A DNA stretch of 64,000 nucleotides, from assembly GCA_013265495.1 (NCBI GenBank), contig MU058384.1, positions 1,427,690 to 1,491,689 on the forward strand, read 5' to 3'. The translations under genes were made by a program, and so were the position numbers. Under the pieces are notes generated by a model. That model had not been told where the DNA came from, did not search any database, and saw only the letters and a program-made list of their open reading frames with translations. Position 1 is the first letter of the stretch; each line of letters starts with the position of its first letter. The DNA comes from Vicugna vicugna (taxonomy: Eukaryota). Of the stretch, positions 49,523 through 63,535 are shown piece by piece.

Positions 49523-49609
49523 AGGACCCGTTTTAAACAAAGTTCTGTTAAGTGTTGGACATGTAAAATTTACTAAGGGAGATAAAAGATAAAAGTATAT
49601 ACATTTTGT

Positions 49610-49800
49610 GACAGACAATCTCACATACATTTATGTCCTCATCCAATCCAGTATTCTCTGTAAACAGCCTCAGTCACCCTTTTTCCAGAGGAGGCTAAGG
49701 CCCAGATAGGTGTGGTAACTTGCCCAAGATCACAAAGTTTATCAACTGCAGAGAGAAAATTCAAACCCAGAAAATTATGTTCTAAGCCAAGGCTCTTTAC
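49610..49800 (-). mobile_element. MIR SINE
   Basis: ttttccagaggaggctaaggcccagataggtgtggtaacttgcccaagatcacaaag...attcaaacccag. Confidence 0.85.
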
Positions 49801-50025
49801 ATTTAAACTATCAGAGGGAGAAATATGAATAAATACATAGAAGTATTTTTTTAAAAAGAAGGAGGACTCAGGGAGTAGAATTTTTCCACTGCTCTAGATG
49901 CTGGGGTATTTTTTGCAAGAGGGAAATTGTGGAGGAGTAGGCTGAAAACAAGTTGAAGTCAAATGATAGTGAACTCCATAAGGGTCATGACTTTGCCCTC
50001 AATTATGTCAATAATGGGGAGTTAC

Positions 50026-50757
50026 CAGTGGCTGACCATATACGGGGGAGTTGGTGGTAGTCCCAGGTATAAGCAGTAAGAGGGTACTCTGTACATAGAA
50101 AATTTTAAAGCAATAATGAAATCGAGTCATTCTGATTTTAATCATCACCTTGTGCCTACAGTTCTAAACAATTAAGTGATTAAAAATAAGACTCCTTTGT
50201 AAAACCTACTTTTAAACAATTGCTGCCATTAATGTTGAGTTTTAATAATACATTATAAGGTTTGAATTATCCTATTCTTATAATTTATCCTTTACTAAAC
50301 ATTGTGTTCTACATGGAAGTTAATTCACCAACTCCCGATTATACAGTTTGCCCCCAACGAACTCACACTTGGCTACATGCATCTAAGGATAAGTTGGAAA
50401 TCTTTGAGTTTGACTTGAACAGGCAGAGCTGTGATTGTAAGTCAGAGAATCAAAACTTGAATTCCTTCACTTTTACCGTTCTATTGAATCACTGGAGTTT
50501 TCTACTTTTGTTTAAATGCAAGTATTATATTTTTATTTGAAAAGTGTAAATTTTAGTTCATATGTAAAATCTACATATTTGAGCTATCTTTAAAGTCACA
50601 ACATTTATTTTATTTGTTGTTTTTAAAAAGAAGGTTAAAATGTTGTCTTGATTATCAATTACTGCATGAAAATAATTTCCTCACATGGCGGGGGGTTGGA
50701 GGGGGTGTTATAAAAATGATGCATTCAGGGTGTTAAGTATGTTAGGAATAACCTCTA
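50026..50757 (+). mobile_element. MER97-like hAT-Tip100 DNA transposon
   Basis: cagtggc start, then ttctaaacaatt...gttgagttttaataata...aaacattgtgttctacatggaagttaattc, ending gggggtgttataaaaatgatgcattcagggtgttaagtatgttagg. Subfamily from memory. Confidence 0.75.
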
Positions 50758-51174
50758 GGAGTCAGTAAATGTTTTTGATGGGAGGAGTCACAAGAGAATG
50801 GTCAAGGTGAATCATAAAAGACACTCCATTATATTTCTATGTAGTTGTATATATGTCTAGTAACCAACTTGTTATAACTAGAGAAGGAAAAAAGCAGGGT
50901 ATAACAATAAAATGTATTAAGTTTAGGAGAGTGTTCTGGCATGGGTTCTTGACAGGCTACTGCATTTTCACGGCAGCATGTCAATCCCACCCCGAGCTGG
51001 TCTCTCTGTGAGAGCAAACAGTTCTTATTTTTAACCACCAGCAGAGAATGCTGCATTTCAAGGAGTCGGTAGGAAATAATGCAATTTGGAGCATTCTGTC
51101 AACCAATATCTTGGGACAGATCAGCTGAGAGAACAATTCTTTAGAGTCTTTTGTTAAGGATGTACAGTTGTCAT

Positions 51175-51543
51175 AATGTGTACTGTTATTTACAATATCC
51201 CATGCACCGCCCTCTGGGAGGGTTGTGCATCCCCATCCTATGAAGACTGGCCTGGCTCAGTGCCTGCCTTGCTAACTACTGAAATGTCAGCAGATCTGAG
51301 GAGTGTTCCAGAAAGAAGTTTCGAGTTGGTGTGGGTTTTGCCATGTTCTTTCACATAGTCTTTGTGATTATGAAAGCACAGACCTATTCACCTGGGTTCC
51401 TGAGTGACTAATAAGCAGAAGTCCTTTGTCAACCTATGGTGAATATATAACATGGACAACAAATAAACATTGGAGTTTTAAGCCACTAGGATTTTCTGGT
51501 TATTTGCTATCACAGCACCAACTAGCCCAACTTAACTGACAGA
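51175..51543 (+). mobile_element. MaLR solo LTR (old MLT1 subfamily)
   Basis: cacctgggttcctgagtgacta...aaataaacattggagttttaagccactaggattttctggttatttgctatcacagca is the MLT1 3' motif. Confidence 0.8.
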
Positions 51544-54229
51544 GCAGTCTTTCCATTTAGACAGATATGCTCAAATTCTTTCCTAAATTTAGCTGGAACT
51601 TATTGTACAGATATCAGTAGAATTTCTTTTACTGAACAAGAAGATCATTGATGTGAAGATCATTCTTATTAAAAATTATTATAAACACACCTCATGAAGC
51701 TCATCGGGGTCCACACTTAGACGGATGTTGTCACAGATTAGGGGCATTCCACACATAACTCACTAGACATCTTCAAAAGAAGTCTCTGCTTGGGTTTGTG
51801 TTAAGAATCATTATATTTCTCCTGGGCAAAATGAACTACTTCCATCTCTTAAACATTGTGTATTGCATATCTGATTAATCTTTTTCAGGTTGGTTGCCAG
51901 TAAGCTTATAGCCAAATTTTGTACACAAGTACACAAGTCCATTTTTTTTTAATTTAGTCTTACTTTTGACTCTATTTTACATGTCTAGTCTTGTGTTACT
52001 TTCTGTTTTCACAACAGATTTTAGTTGGTGTATTTTACTTAATCCTCTTAACCACTTCAAGTTCTTTAAAGAACAAGGTCGGAGTCTGTATGTATGTATT
52101 TATGTAAATAAATTTATAGAACAGTATCATTACCATGTTACTGATTCTTTCTAAACATGATAATGTCATGAATCTATGTCAATCTACCAAAATTTCTCCC
52201 AATAAATATCAAAACTTTAGTCCCACTAAATCCATAATTATTAGAAGAGATACCCTTGAACCTGAATCTAAATAGTTTACGGCCAAGTCAAACTGAAAAG
52301 GTTCTTCCTCAAGGAGAACAGTTCTACTGATTTCTTTTGCTTTCATGGTTTTTTTTTTCTTTCCAGAAAGCCTCTGGGGTTCAAGACGGACAATGTAATT
52401 ATTTGAATTACTGAATGAATGGGTCTAATACTTTTACTTAATTCAGCTCCTCTTCTTACTGAGTAAATCACTAGGCACCTAAATCACATAAAGGAATGGA
52501 AGGCATATTCCTAGACTCCTGGAAGTTTTCATAGCCTGGCTAGGGAGTTGGATTCAGTGAATAAAGTAACAAACAAAAACAACTCAGAATAGACAAAACT
52601 ACTCTGGGCCAGCTAAGAACCCAGGGGCTGGAGGAACTCAGAACAAAAGGATGGTAGTATAAGACTAAAATTAATTGGAGGGGGCTTTCTGGAGGAGGAA
52701 AAATTGAGCCAGGTCTATTCATCCACTATGCTTTCAAAGCTTCCCTTATCACATTTTTCTCCCCCTCCTCCTTTAAACATTAAATTAAAAAAAAAAAAGT
52801 CTAGCAATTAAAATGTCTGGCCCAGGGAGACTGCAAGCTCAGGCTCAGCGCCTACAGAAGACCAGTCTAAAACCGGGCCTCAGGACCCCTAAGGCTTCAT
52901 TCTGGTCTAGGTGCCGAGCTGCCATTTATTGACAGACCCTTTCTCAGCACCAAGTATGTTGGGGTCACTGGGAAAGAGGAAACTTATGAATAAATTTGAA
53001 AAGGGGCCTGAAAATTTAGATGAATGCCAAAGGAGTCCTTTGTGAATAAAATTAAGCAGTCATCGCCAGAGAGGACAAACGTTTTAACTGGCTCTGCTCC
53101 ACAGCAACCTCCTAGGCTTCCTCCAGGAGGCAGAGGCATGGGTCTGTGTTAAACGGCTTAATTTTCTTAATCAACTATTTCATTGTGAGTTTTTAATTTC
53201 ATTCCCATGCTTATTTTTTTTTTCATTTTGCCATAATACAGCTCTAAGTACCGTGGCAAACATTTGACAGTTTGCTCAGCGGGTGCTGGGCTCTGTAGAG
53301 CTTACATAGCTCTACCTTTTATTAATTGGGCTTCAAAATGTGTTCCTGCGTGAACAGAAGCTAAGATGGGACTATTGTACCTGTCAACATGAAGCTGGGC
53401 GAAATAAAATATTTGGAATGTGTTTTAAAATAACTCATTGTGAGCTTGATCGGTTCAGAATTTAAAAGCAGAAATATTCTTTAATGTTGAAATAAATAAT
53501 CATGCAATCAAAACGGCAATAAAATTAAAGAAACGATGCGGTTTGTTCAAGGTTCTTCAGTATTTGCTAACAATGAGAACGTTTTCTTTGTGCCCAGTAG
53601 GTTATGTATTGACAAGATGTGTTGAAAAGCATTTTAATGAAAACTCTAGAGGCCCAAGGAGGTAGTAACTATTCTGAAAACCAACAACAAAGTCTCTAGA
53701 AATACCTGTGACATTTCCAACTTAATTTTTGTCTCAATCTGGAGGGTTTTTTTCATTATCAAGAAAAAAATCTCAATCTGAAATTTCAAATTTCCATCAA
53801 AGAGAAGCTCTGTCTGGCATTGACTCTCTGAGGCATGTGTCTTTCTCTTGGTGAAGCCAAGTCTCTTTGTGACTCTTTTCTCCCTTTTTCATGGAGGTGT
53901 TTCAATTTCAGTGAACTCTGGTGACATACATTCTCAAACTCCCACTTAGGGTGGAGATAAAAGGGAGGTGAAGAGAGCAGTAAAAGTTGATGAAAACCTC
54001 CGGGATGTGTGAGGTCCTCTCTTGTCATTATCACTGTCATTGCCATCATTAACTTAGCTCAGCTCTGAGACAGTGAATGTTATCCATGTCCTCCTGAGGG
54101 ACTGTCTAAGCAGTTCCCCTCACAAAAGTTGTGTCCTGAAGTTTAAGCGTGGGGAAAATAAAGATGAAGACTCAATAATCGTAAGAGGAAAACCTAAAGT
54201 AAAAAATTACACATGCATGTTTGTTTAAA

Positions 54230-55290
54230 GACTATATTATCTTTGTAAAAATCTTGAAGATTTGTGGCAATGGGCAAAGCAAAAAAAATAAAGGGAAAAA
54301 AGAAAAACTGCTGAAATTCTCCTAGCGATGGCTACTGTTTGGTCTATTCCCAACTGGACTTTTTACATGCACTTTTACACACGCACACATGCTTTTTCAG
54401 AAACAAAAGGAGAGCCATGTCAAACTATGTATCAGCTTGCTTTTGTGCACATGTCAATATATCAAGAATAATACTCTCATTTGATATATAGAACTGCCAT
54501 GTTCTTTTAATGTCTGTCTGGTTTCACTGAATGGATGGAAAATAATTTTTTAACCAGTTTCTAATGAAAAACAATGTTTACAATGTTTCTGATATATCAA
54601 CATTACAATCACTTGGGTGAATATTTCTGGAGGATAGATTTCTGAAGACAGAACTAAGTTCAAAGTTAAAATTTTTGTGACATATTTCCAATTTACTTCC
54701 CCAAAATGTAGTAATTTATATTTATATTGACAATGTATGAAAAATATGCCATTCCACATATTTTTATGCTTTGTTAAACTGAAAGATAAACTATATCACT
54801 GTTTAAATTTTTAGCTACACTGAGATTATTTACACATATTTATTTGGAGTCTTCACAATACTGAGTCATCTCACCAAGGAATATGCATAGCTTTGCATTT
54901 ATTAAGTCCTTTTTATGTCTTTCAATAAAGTCACATTACTTTCCTGATAGATATCTTACAAATTTCTTATTAAATTTCCATGTACCATTACTATTGCTGA
55001 TGAACTGAGGTTTTTTCCCATTATATTTTCAAGTGATTTTACTAATAGAAACAAAACCTATTGATATTTGAGTTTGCATTTGACTCCTAGCTACTTTCTT
55101 AAATTCAGTTAGTTTTAGTAAATTTTCAATAGGTTTGAGTTATTTTTTGGTTTTGCTCTTAGATAGACTATCATAATGCTACAGGTAATACATTTTGTCT
55201 TTATTTTTTAATATGGACGCAATAATGGCTTGGTTCAGAATTCAATGAGAAAGGCTTTAGTTTTTTTTAACTATTTATGATACCATTGTA
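54230..55290 (-). mobile_element. Old L1ME-type fragment
   Basis: Antisense L1 motifs tttccaatttacttccccaaaatgtagtaatttata and cttcacaatactgagtcatctcaccaaggaatatgc. Confidence 0.65.
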
Positions 55291-55294
55291 CCAT

Positions 55295-55440
55295 CTGTTT
55301 GGGGCCTTAGATCACTTGTTGAATCTAATAAACGTTTCAGACCCTCTTTCTCCTCCCTTCAAATACATGTGCTGTGTAAATCAGCAATTTTTTCATATAT
55401 TTCTAGTTGACTCATATACCTCTTGAGGCTGATGAATACA
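55295..55440. mobile_element. MER103-like hAT fragment
   Basis: tgaatctaataaacgtttcagaccctct...aatttttcatatatttctag resembles MER103C. Diverged. Confidence 0.45.
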
Positions 55441-56639
55441 CCCACATAAAAACACACCACAGGACAGGCTCAACTGACATAACTAAAGTTGCTTCACCAG
55501 GACTGGCCAAAGGGAAATTTTCCAAGTAGGTGAAGGGTGTCAATTTAATGCAACAAGCATTTGTTGAGCTCCCATTAGGGGTTCCAGTTACCCAACAGAA
55601 GGGTTAGCTTTCCAGTGCAATTAAAAACAGACACTCTGCAAGGTATTGGCTATAAATTCTCTTCGAATTATTCTCAGTCTATATAGGAGGAGAGACAGAA
55701 AAGTAAACAGAACAACGTGAAAACTGATACTAAAGATGTGTGCCTTCTGGAGGACAGCTTATCTGCATACTGTTTTTGTCAACTGCAGGAAGTTTTACAG
55801 AGACTGTGCCTTTTGTAGTAAGATTTTTAAAGATGGTATTGAAGGGGCAAAGACATTTCAAGAAGACAAACAACAAGAGCAAAGGTAGTTTGGTCTGATG
55901 TATTTGTAGAATGATGGTAGTCCCCTGTGCTTGGGACATGGAGAAAGTGCAAAGATTTTTCATTGCACTGTTTGAAATGACTTTGTTTTTATGGTAGCCT
56001 CAGCCAAAATAACATAGTGTTACAAATCTTGCAAAATAAAAATTCCTCAGAAACCTCACACAAATTGCACAACTCTTGAACTATTTTGTTTCAGGGTAGA
56101 AACCTCATAGATACTCTCAGTCTTACCATTGGTTTTCCAATTTAGTCCTTTTGTTCCTTTTTTTACTTAATTGATCCAGAATTTTGTGGCCTGCTGAGAA
56201 TGCCTGAGGGCTTTCTTTGTCTGGTACCAATTTCAGAGACTTCTGGCTGAATGCTAGTGGAAGTTGTTAACAGTCGCTGGAAATTTAGTGTGAAAAAGCT
56301 GGCTTTAGGGAGATTAACCCAGAAATACCAATTATCTAGTTTACATCCACACATAGAAAAGGCTGTATCTCTTGGGAATATTCACTTACCTTCTACTCAT
56401 CTCAATTAAATTCCTCGGACATACATGTCCATGACTGGCATGCCTCTTTTCCCACTGTTTCTGTAAATTCATTCTCTTTCTTAGCTTGATCCTCTCTATG
56501 TTACAACTTTCTTGATGGGTTTTTTCCCCCTCATCACTATTTTTAAGTAATCTTAGCATTGGTCGCCAGACCAGAGTTTGCAAACAGAAAATCTGGTTTT
56601 CCTATCTTGCCCAGATACAGTATTTTGTTTGTTCTCTGC

Positions 56640-56770
56640 TCTCAACTGAATCAGAATGGAGGAGGTGAGGGTGTTCAGAGAGGAGAGTGGGTAGCTGCGG
56701 CAGATATCAGTATTGTTTTTTAAAAGCCCCTCAAATGATTCTCATGAACAGCCAGGATAGAGAACCACCG
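56640..56770. mobile_element. MER5-family hAT fragment
   Basis: actgaatcagaat...ttttaaaagcccctcaaatgattctcatgaacagccaggatagagaaccac. Confidence 0.7.
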
Positions 56771-59700
56771 GAGCCAACAGCATCCCTCAGGTTAGCCCTC
56801 ACTCCTCATATCTCCCTACCTCGGCTGGGCCACCCACTCCCAGACAGGCTTAATTAACTGAATCTAGCTTCGCTGGGAGTGATCAATAGCCACACTCTAC
56901 TGTGGAAGTGACAATCATTGCATCAAATTTCCTTATAATTATGAATATCCACTAATTTTCACAGCTGAGATGCTGAATGAATACATGTAAGACAAGCATC
57001 TTCTGTAAAAATATAATTTCTCATGCCTTTTCTTACCTCTCTTTCTCCAGCATAAAACCATTGAATTCTTTTTATGCTTTGGCCATTGGTCATTTGTCTT
57101 GTTCCTTTAATTTGTGAATTCAATAGACATGGAACATATTTGTATAGTATGATTACAATGGCATTGATTCTTACAGCAATTTTGGTGTTCAAAGCATATT
57201 AAGGAAAGAAAAAAGTAAGACTAATGCTGAGAAATTCCTCAAAGAATTCCTCAGTCTTTTAGAAAATGCTTAAATGTAAAATACTGCCTAAAGTATTCCA
57301 TTAAGTAAAAGCTAAGATATTCTATTGTAGATACAAATTATACCTATTTGAGTGTACTTTCTCCTGTTATCTCCTTAGCTTGATCTGTATCCTTTAAATC
57401 AATGTTGCTTTGGTAAGCTCTTCATTAGTATTTGTCAAATTATTGTTAGATTCAGCTACCCCTGCTTTGTTATTATTATTATAGTTATATCCTCAAAGTG
57501 TATTTGTAATGCAGTCTTCACACACGATCCTAAAACAAGCTGTTATTAGGTATATCATTATAACATATACATTAGAAAGCTTATTTTGTAGAAATGCCAA
57601 ATAGCTTGTGAGGCCTTTGGAGAATTCTGAAAGATATAAACCAAATGCCATCATAAACTTGCTGTTTTCCTTCCACACTTGTTCCTCTTGGTTCTACTAA
57701 CTCCCTGACTCATCTTCCACCAAGCAGCACATGGTAGGTTCCCACGGGACTTGCGGTGCACACATGAATGGAGGGTCACACTTAGTTATGTTGAGTCCAT
57801 CAAATTCTTTCTCCTAGTCTATTACTAAGTTTATTGAATAAATTCCAATTGAGTGATATTGCTTTAAGGGCAGAATGTTTCCCTAAACCAAAATGTCATA
57901 TTTATGCTTTGGAGCAATTTAAAAATAATTGAAAATAATGGTAGGTCAAAAACAATTTTCCTAATCTTAATTGATATCATGCCCACAAATAGCAATAGTG
58001 TATTTCTATGCAAAGCTCTTCAACTCTGTACTAAGAAACGCAAAGACTTGAATTCTATTTTTGTCTTTAGCATGGATTTCCTGCCATAAAGTCTTTCAGT
58101 TTTCACATTTATGAAACCAGCAAGCAAGGTGGAAAAAAAAAACAAACTCTTGTGTCTTTAAGGCATAAAGACCTCAGGAATTAATGAGTTAATAATTTAC
58201 ACACAGCACGTGTTTCTTAGAAGGGAAAAGCCTTTATAACACACTAGAAGCACAAAGTTGAAATAACCAAGAATGATAGAAGTAGCTAACTTCATTTATT
58301 TTGCCATATGTATGATATTTTGATTCTACAAATTCTATGCTAACATGTGGTAGCATTTAACCAATACTTCTAATAATATTTATAAGTAGATTGAGAATTA
58401 GCTCACAAATACAATTCAGGAAGTTTTATTATGATGATTTGTTTTTCATGTTCTGTGAAATGAATTGCAATAGAGGTCAGAAAAAGTGCTTTAGGGGGCA
58501 CTTCCTTAATGTGAAGTGAAGTTGATCTAGTTGAACATTATAATAAGATACACATAATTGGCATCTCCCCTGGGAGTCAACCTCGGTAACTTTCTGCCTG
58601 ATTAGCTCAACGGTTGCATAATACACAGAAAGATGGCAAAAGGCAGAGCAAATGGTCCCTGCATTTAATGTTGTTCATTTTTAGTCATGGAAAGAGGTAA
58701 ACAAACTACTGTCTGTGATGACAAAGCAGGAATTGGGACTGAATTCCATTGCTGGCTAAATCCACTGTTCTCACAGTTCATTGCAACATGAATGCAATTA
58801 CCACCAAGTTTATTTAATTTGATCCTACGAACTCTTGACTTGTTAGTGGTATTTTAGGAAAAAAAGAGAAGAGGAAGAAGAAGAGAAGAGAAAAGAAAAG
58901 GAAAGAAAAGAGAAAAATAACTGTTGTCCGTCAAGCTCCCAAGGCTGATATCTGCTCCCTGAACACATTGTGTACACAACTCCAAATTTCAATTTTCTTC
59001 TCCACATCTCCCCTTGTATTCCAAGCATCTCACCCACTAATACACACACCCACCAACGCATACACACTCACACACAAGATAGACCATACAACTATTTCAA
59101 TAGCAATGGTTCAAGGTGCCAAGTTAGAGCAAAAAATGTAGAAAAGGTTAAAGAGGAATCAGTTTTGACAAAATAATTTTTTAAAGAAATACAAATTCAC
59201 ATATATTTTTCCAGGGCAATTTTCTAAGTAATGACCTTACAAAATTTCTATTTGAAAAGGGAAATAATACACTTCATACATTAGTTTTCAACCATGGTAA
59301 CCATTTGAACATGTTCTTAATTTCAAAATGCAGTTAAAATGCAAGTTTACTTGTGACATACTAAAGAACATTCCTGGGCCAGAAATAATGGAATAGAAAT
59401 GCTTATTAAAAAGTCTGTTATATGCATTAGACATAAGATCATCCTAGAATTTTAGGATGGAGAGCTCTCTTATAATAAAAAGACTGTTGTATTAAGTGTG
59501 AATAAGTAAGAAACACACATTAAATGTTTCATTTGCTCTGCAAGGGGGATAAATTTTAAATCAAGTGAGTAAATTTTTTTTAAAAAGCTCAGCAAGAGAT
59601 TTGATGGAATCCTCCCACACTTAAAAAGATTCTGAGTTTTTTTGTATCTCTCTATATGGCAATAAGTTGTCCATCTCTAATTTTCATTTAGCTTTTTTTT

Positions 59701-62700
59701 TCCTGACAGTGATTTTTGGCTTAGTGTTCTCTTTTAGAATGTGTAAACAGAAACATAAGCAAATGATTTTTACTGGAACTTCTCTACTTAAAATTAGCGA
59801 TGTTAATATTAAAACAAAACAAATATACCACAATATTTATGTCAACCTGTTGAGCATTCATTTTCCTGACATCAACACATTTTCCTCAGACTACAGCCAT
59901 CTGAGAATATATGCTAGAATGTATATTTTGCAAGTCTACAAAAAGCCTTATTATTATGAATATATTCATTCTACACTCACCAGAGTAGCAAAGCACCAGG
60001 AATATTAGGGGTAAAGTAATGCAGATATTAAAATATTTCCCTACCAAAAAAAGTCTAGTGTCATCTGAAAACAAATAATTTTTTTGGCCCTCAATTATAT
60101 AAGCAAATAAGGTCTCCGGGCAACAGAAATAGTTTTCCTGACATACAGGTGGTAAAGCCTGTTCCCTTCATAAGGCATTTTTCTCCTATTTTCACAAAAT
60201 TTTAAGAATGTTAGCTATGTACTTTCTAGACCATGGCAGATTACAAGCTGTAAATGGAAAAAGAATAGAACTGAGTAATTGCAAGCTCTCCAACAATGAC
60301 AGAGATAAATAGCTACTAGAAAAACTACTTAAAGCAGACAAATAAAATATAGTAACTTGAGATAATATAGAGATTTATTAAGAGGCAAAAGCTTCTCCAT
60401 ACTTTTAATGAGCCATAAGTTCATTGGTCCATTTATATTTATAGTTATATCTGGGTCATAAAAATAGCTATGTTTAATATGATCTTTAATATGTTTAAGA
60501 AAGCAGAGAAGTTTCAAATATAATTATAAATGTTTCCAATAAAAATAATCAGATTGTTTTAACGTTTAAAGTTTAAAAAGTGTAAGTTTCAGATATTTAG
60601 GAAATTTATTTTTGCCAAACACCTCATTTTCAGGCCACCACAGAACTAAGTAAGATATTTGGCATTGATATAATTCTAAAGTTCAAATGATTATTTTGTT
60701 GAAGTACAAAGTTATCAGGAGTTCAAGTAAAAGACTAGAAGTTTTATCTAGAAGAGAATAAGCCTGTTGTCTCATTGAAAATGTTTTCCCGGTCATGAGA
60801 TGAATGTAATGAGTAAAGGCAGGATTTGTTGACAATAGCAGAGATATGGAGGGTAAGTCAGACCAGAGTGCCTTGCTGCTGACTTCATTTCCAGGTTTGG
60901 CTAGACTCTGCATTTTCCTGGTGCCAAGAGATTCTTCATTTTAAGAAAAAAAAAAAAACCTACTGATTCTTTTCAGAGATCCACTCTTACATAAATATTG
61001 ACATGCCAATATGGAAGTATAAACCAACCCTGGTCATACGTTTTTGCAAGGGGGTAGAGAAGAATGAGGCTCAGCAGGATGGTAGTTTTGGGGTTAGGCA
61101 CTTTGTGAAGCATACGAAACCGGTTAAATATGAGTTTTCTTGGGCATAGTAACCAGAAAATAATTTAGTTAGCTGATGAACCCAGTCCCTGGTAAATATT
61201 CACTCACTAACCATTTGACTTGGCCATGTTTGCTCAGATGAGACCCCCAGGCTGCTGGTCAGCATTATCCTATGCTGTTATAGTTGCATGTGTTTTATCC
61301 CATCATACTTTGCAGCACAGTGGCAAACTGATATCACAAAATTCCAGTAACACAGTAACACCCAATGTCTATTGCTCAAACGAGGGAACACTCAGTACAC
61401 GGTGGATCCCACCGGCCAAGTTGCTTACTTACATCTGATCCAGATGTCTGAAGTCATTTTTAGCCAATTCTCTAGTCTAGACAATTAGTCTTAACATTGA
61501 AACAATTGACTTACCTGCTGACAGGCTGAATCAACAGATAATTTATGACCTGAACTTCTGTAATTATTTGAATAGCCTTTTCATACCATTTCCATTCTAC
61601 TTATCATAATAGGAGCATTTAAAGCGAGAGCTCTTCACTAATGGAAAGAGATGCAAAATTCTTAAAGAAACATTATGATAAAGAAATCAGAGACCTGGCC
61701 TTTTAAGAGTATCCATGTTGGAAAAACTCCTCTATTCCTCCTTTCAAGTTATCAGTTTGGAAATATGCTCGACTCTTTTTCACCATTTTGAGTTACTATT
61801 AACTCTTAAATACCAACTTGTTTACTGCCTGCTTCAAGACTTTCAAAGATCTCAAAGATCAACCTGCTCCTCATTACCTTACTATTAGTAACAAGAAGCT
61901 GTTCCTTTAAGACTGATATCTCGTTACTAATCAGACCAAGGATTCTTGACTTCAAGAGGCCAGTTTGCTGCCAAGATGGTGCAGCCTGTCTTCACTCTAT
62001 TCATTCACTTTCTGTTCCTCACTACGTACCGCAGGAGGGCATTCCCAACATCGCCAACATCGACAACAGAGGTAGACAAAGGAAGAACACGGATTAGGGC
62101 AAGTTTTATAATGCAAAATGAATAAAATTGTTTCCGTCCACTTAGCTAACTAAAGAAACTATGCCTCGATGTTGAACTGCCCTACTTTACGACATACCAT
62201 GGAGAACACCAAAGCAAATGCTGCCTGGGGAGCTGCAGGCTGAAACCTCCCCATCTGCAGCTGCTGTCAATTACTCTGCCCTGATGTGACCAGAGATCTC
62301 AGTTTTCAATAGAGAAATATGAGTTGTAAAAGAATCCTGACTGGCCACCCCTACATTCCCCTCCCCACCCCCACCTCCTGATTCTGTTTTGCTTTCCAAA
62401 CATTTGAAATGTCCACATACTTTGTATCCTAGCCTACTGGGAAGTTAGAAAAGCAAACGTAGCTAGTTTCAGGGCAGAGAAGAGATTCTGCGGCTTTCCG
62501 AGAATCTCCATTGGATAACAAAAGCTCATAAAAGTGTACCTTCACCCTAAATGTTATATAAACAGAGTTCTGTCTGTGGGTGTGATTTATACTCTTATTG
62601 AAGATCTTGAATTTTCCTTCTCTTCATGCTAGAAGATAAGTGAAGGACAAAAAGCCTATTTAGAACAGTTAACCTGATCATTTTTTAAAAGATGTGTGCA

Positions 62701-63414
62701 AATCACCGGGGCTGAGATCCTGTTTGTCAACCAAATTGTCAGGAAATAATTTATTACTGACAAGAACAAAGTGTGCAGCTGGATATCCCAAACAACGGCA
62801 TGCTAAATGAGCCAGAGACTTGTTATAAATATCTTCCCTAGGACTGCATTTCCTATAGTCTAAAATTATTCCAGAAGCAGCATGGCATAATGGAAAAAAG
62901 AATTGTACTGGGTATCAGGATGTCGGGGTTTTCTTTTGCCTATTATAGTAACTAACCTTGTGAAAGCAAGAAAGCAAGAAAGAAGGAAAGAAAGAGAGTA
63001 TTACCAGATGACTTCTGCATTTCTTTCAAGCTCTAAAATTCTATGCTGACAACACTGATATCCTATACAGGGAACATAGCCACCCAAATTCTGCACAAAT
63101 GAATGTAGGCTAATCTTGTTCAAAAGATAAGAAAGCAGAGTTTAGAAAAGGGACAAGAAGGACTTTTGTAAAATAGCCTTTTGATTTCTGTGTGAATCAT
63201 ATACTCAAGAAATTGTTCTCCCCATGCAGTTAGTACAGTGAGTTCAAGAGGTGAGAAAAAGTTAATAACAAATCAAAATAAGACAAACTAACTAGGGATT
63301 AGAATTTCACTGTAAAAAGAAGTCAAATTCTTAAAAAGAAATGATAATAAATGAAACTCCTCTTGGTTAGACCTCCCAGTCTTTTAGACTTTGTTATCAT
63401 TCCACGTTGTTTTA

Positions 63415-63535
63415 TGACTCCCTCTGTATCTGCTTTTCCACCAGATTATAAGCTCATAGGTGGCAGGGGCCACACTTTACTCGTGTTTTTTTCTTTGCTC
63501 ACAAGGGCATTCAATAAATAGTTGTTGAATTGAAT
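63415..63535 (+). mobile_element. L2 3' end
   Basis: ccaccagattataagctcataggtggcagggg...cattcaataaatagttgttgaattgaat. Confidence 0.75.

Noticed and set aside
52820..53045. Possible MER91-like hAT fragment
   Set aside because: Only a short ataaatttgaaaagggg match, which is too weak to call.
56383..56395. Perfect minus-strand donor AAG|GTAAGT (also CAG|GTAAGT at ~61509-61517)
   Set aside because: No convincing paired acceptor or reading frame. A few such 9-mers are expected by chance.
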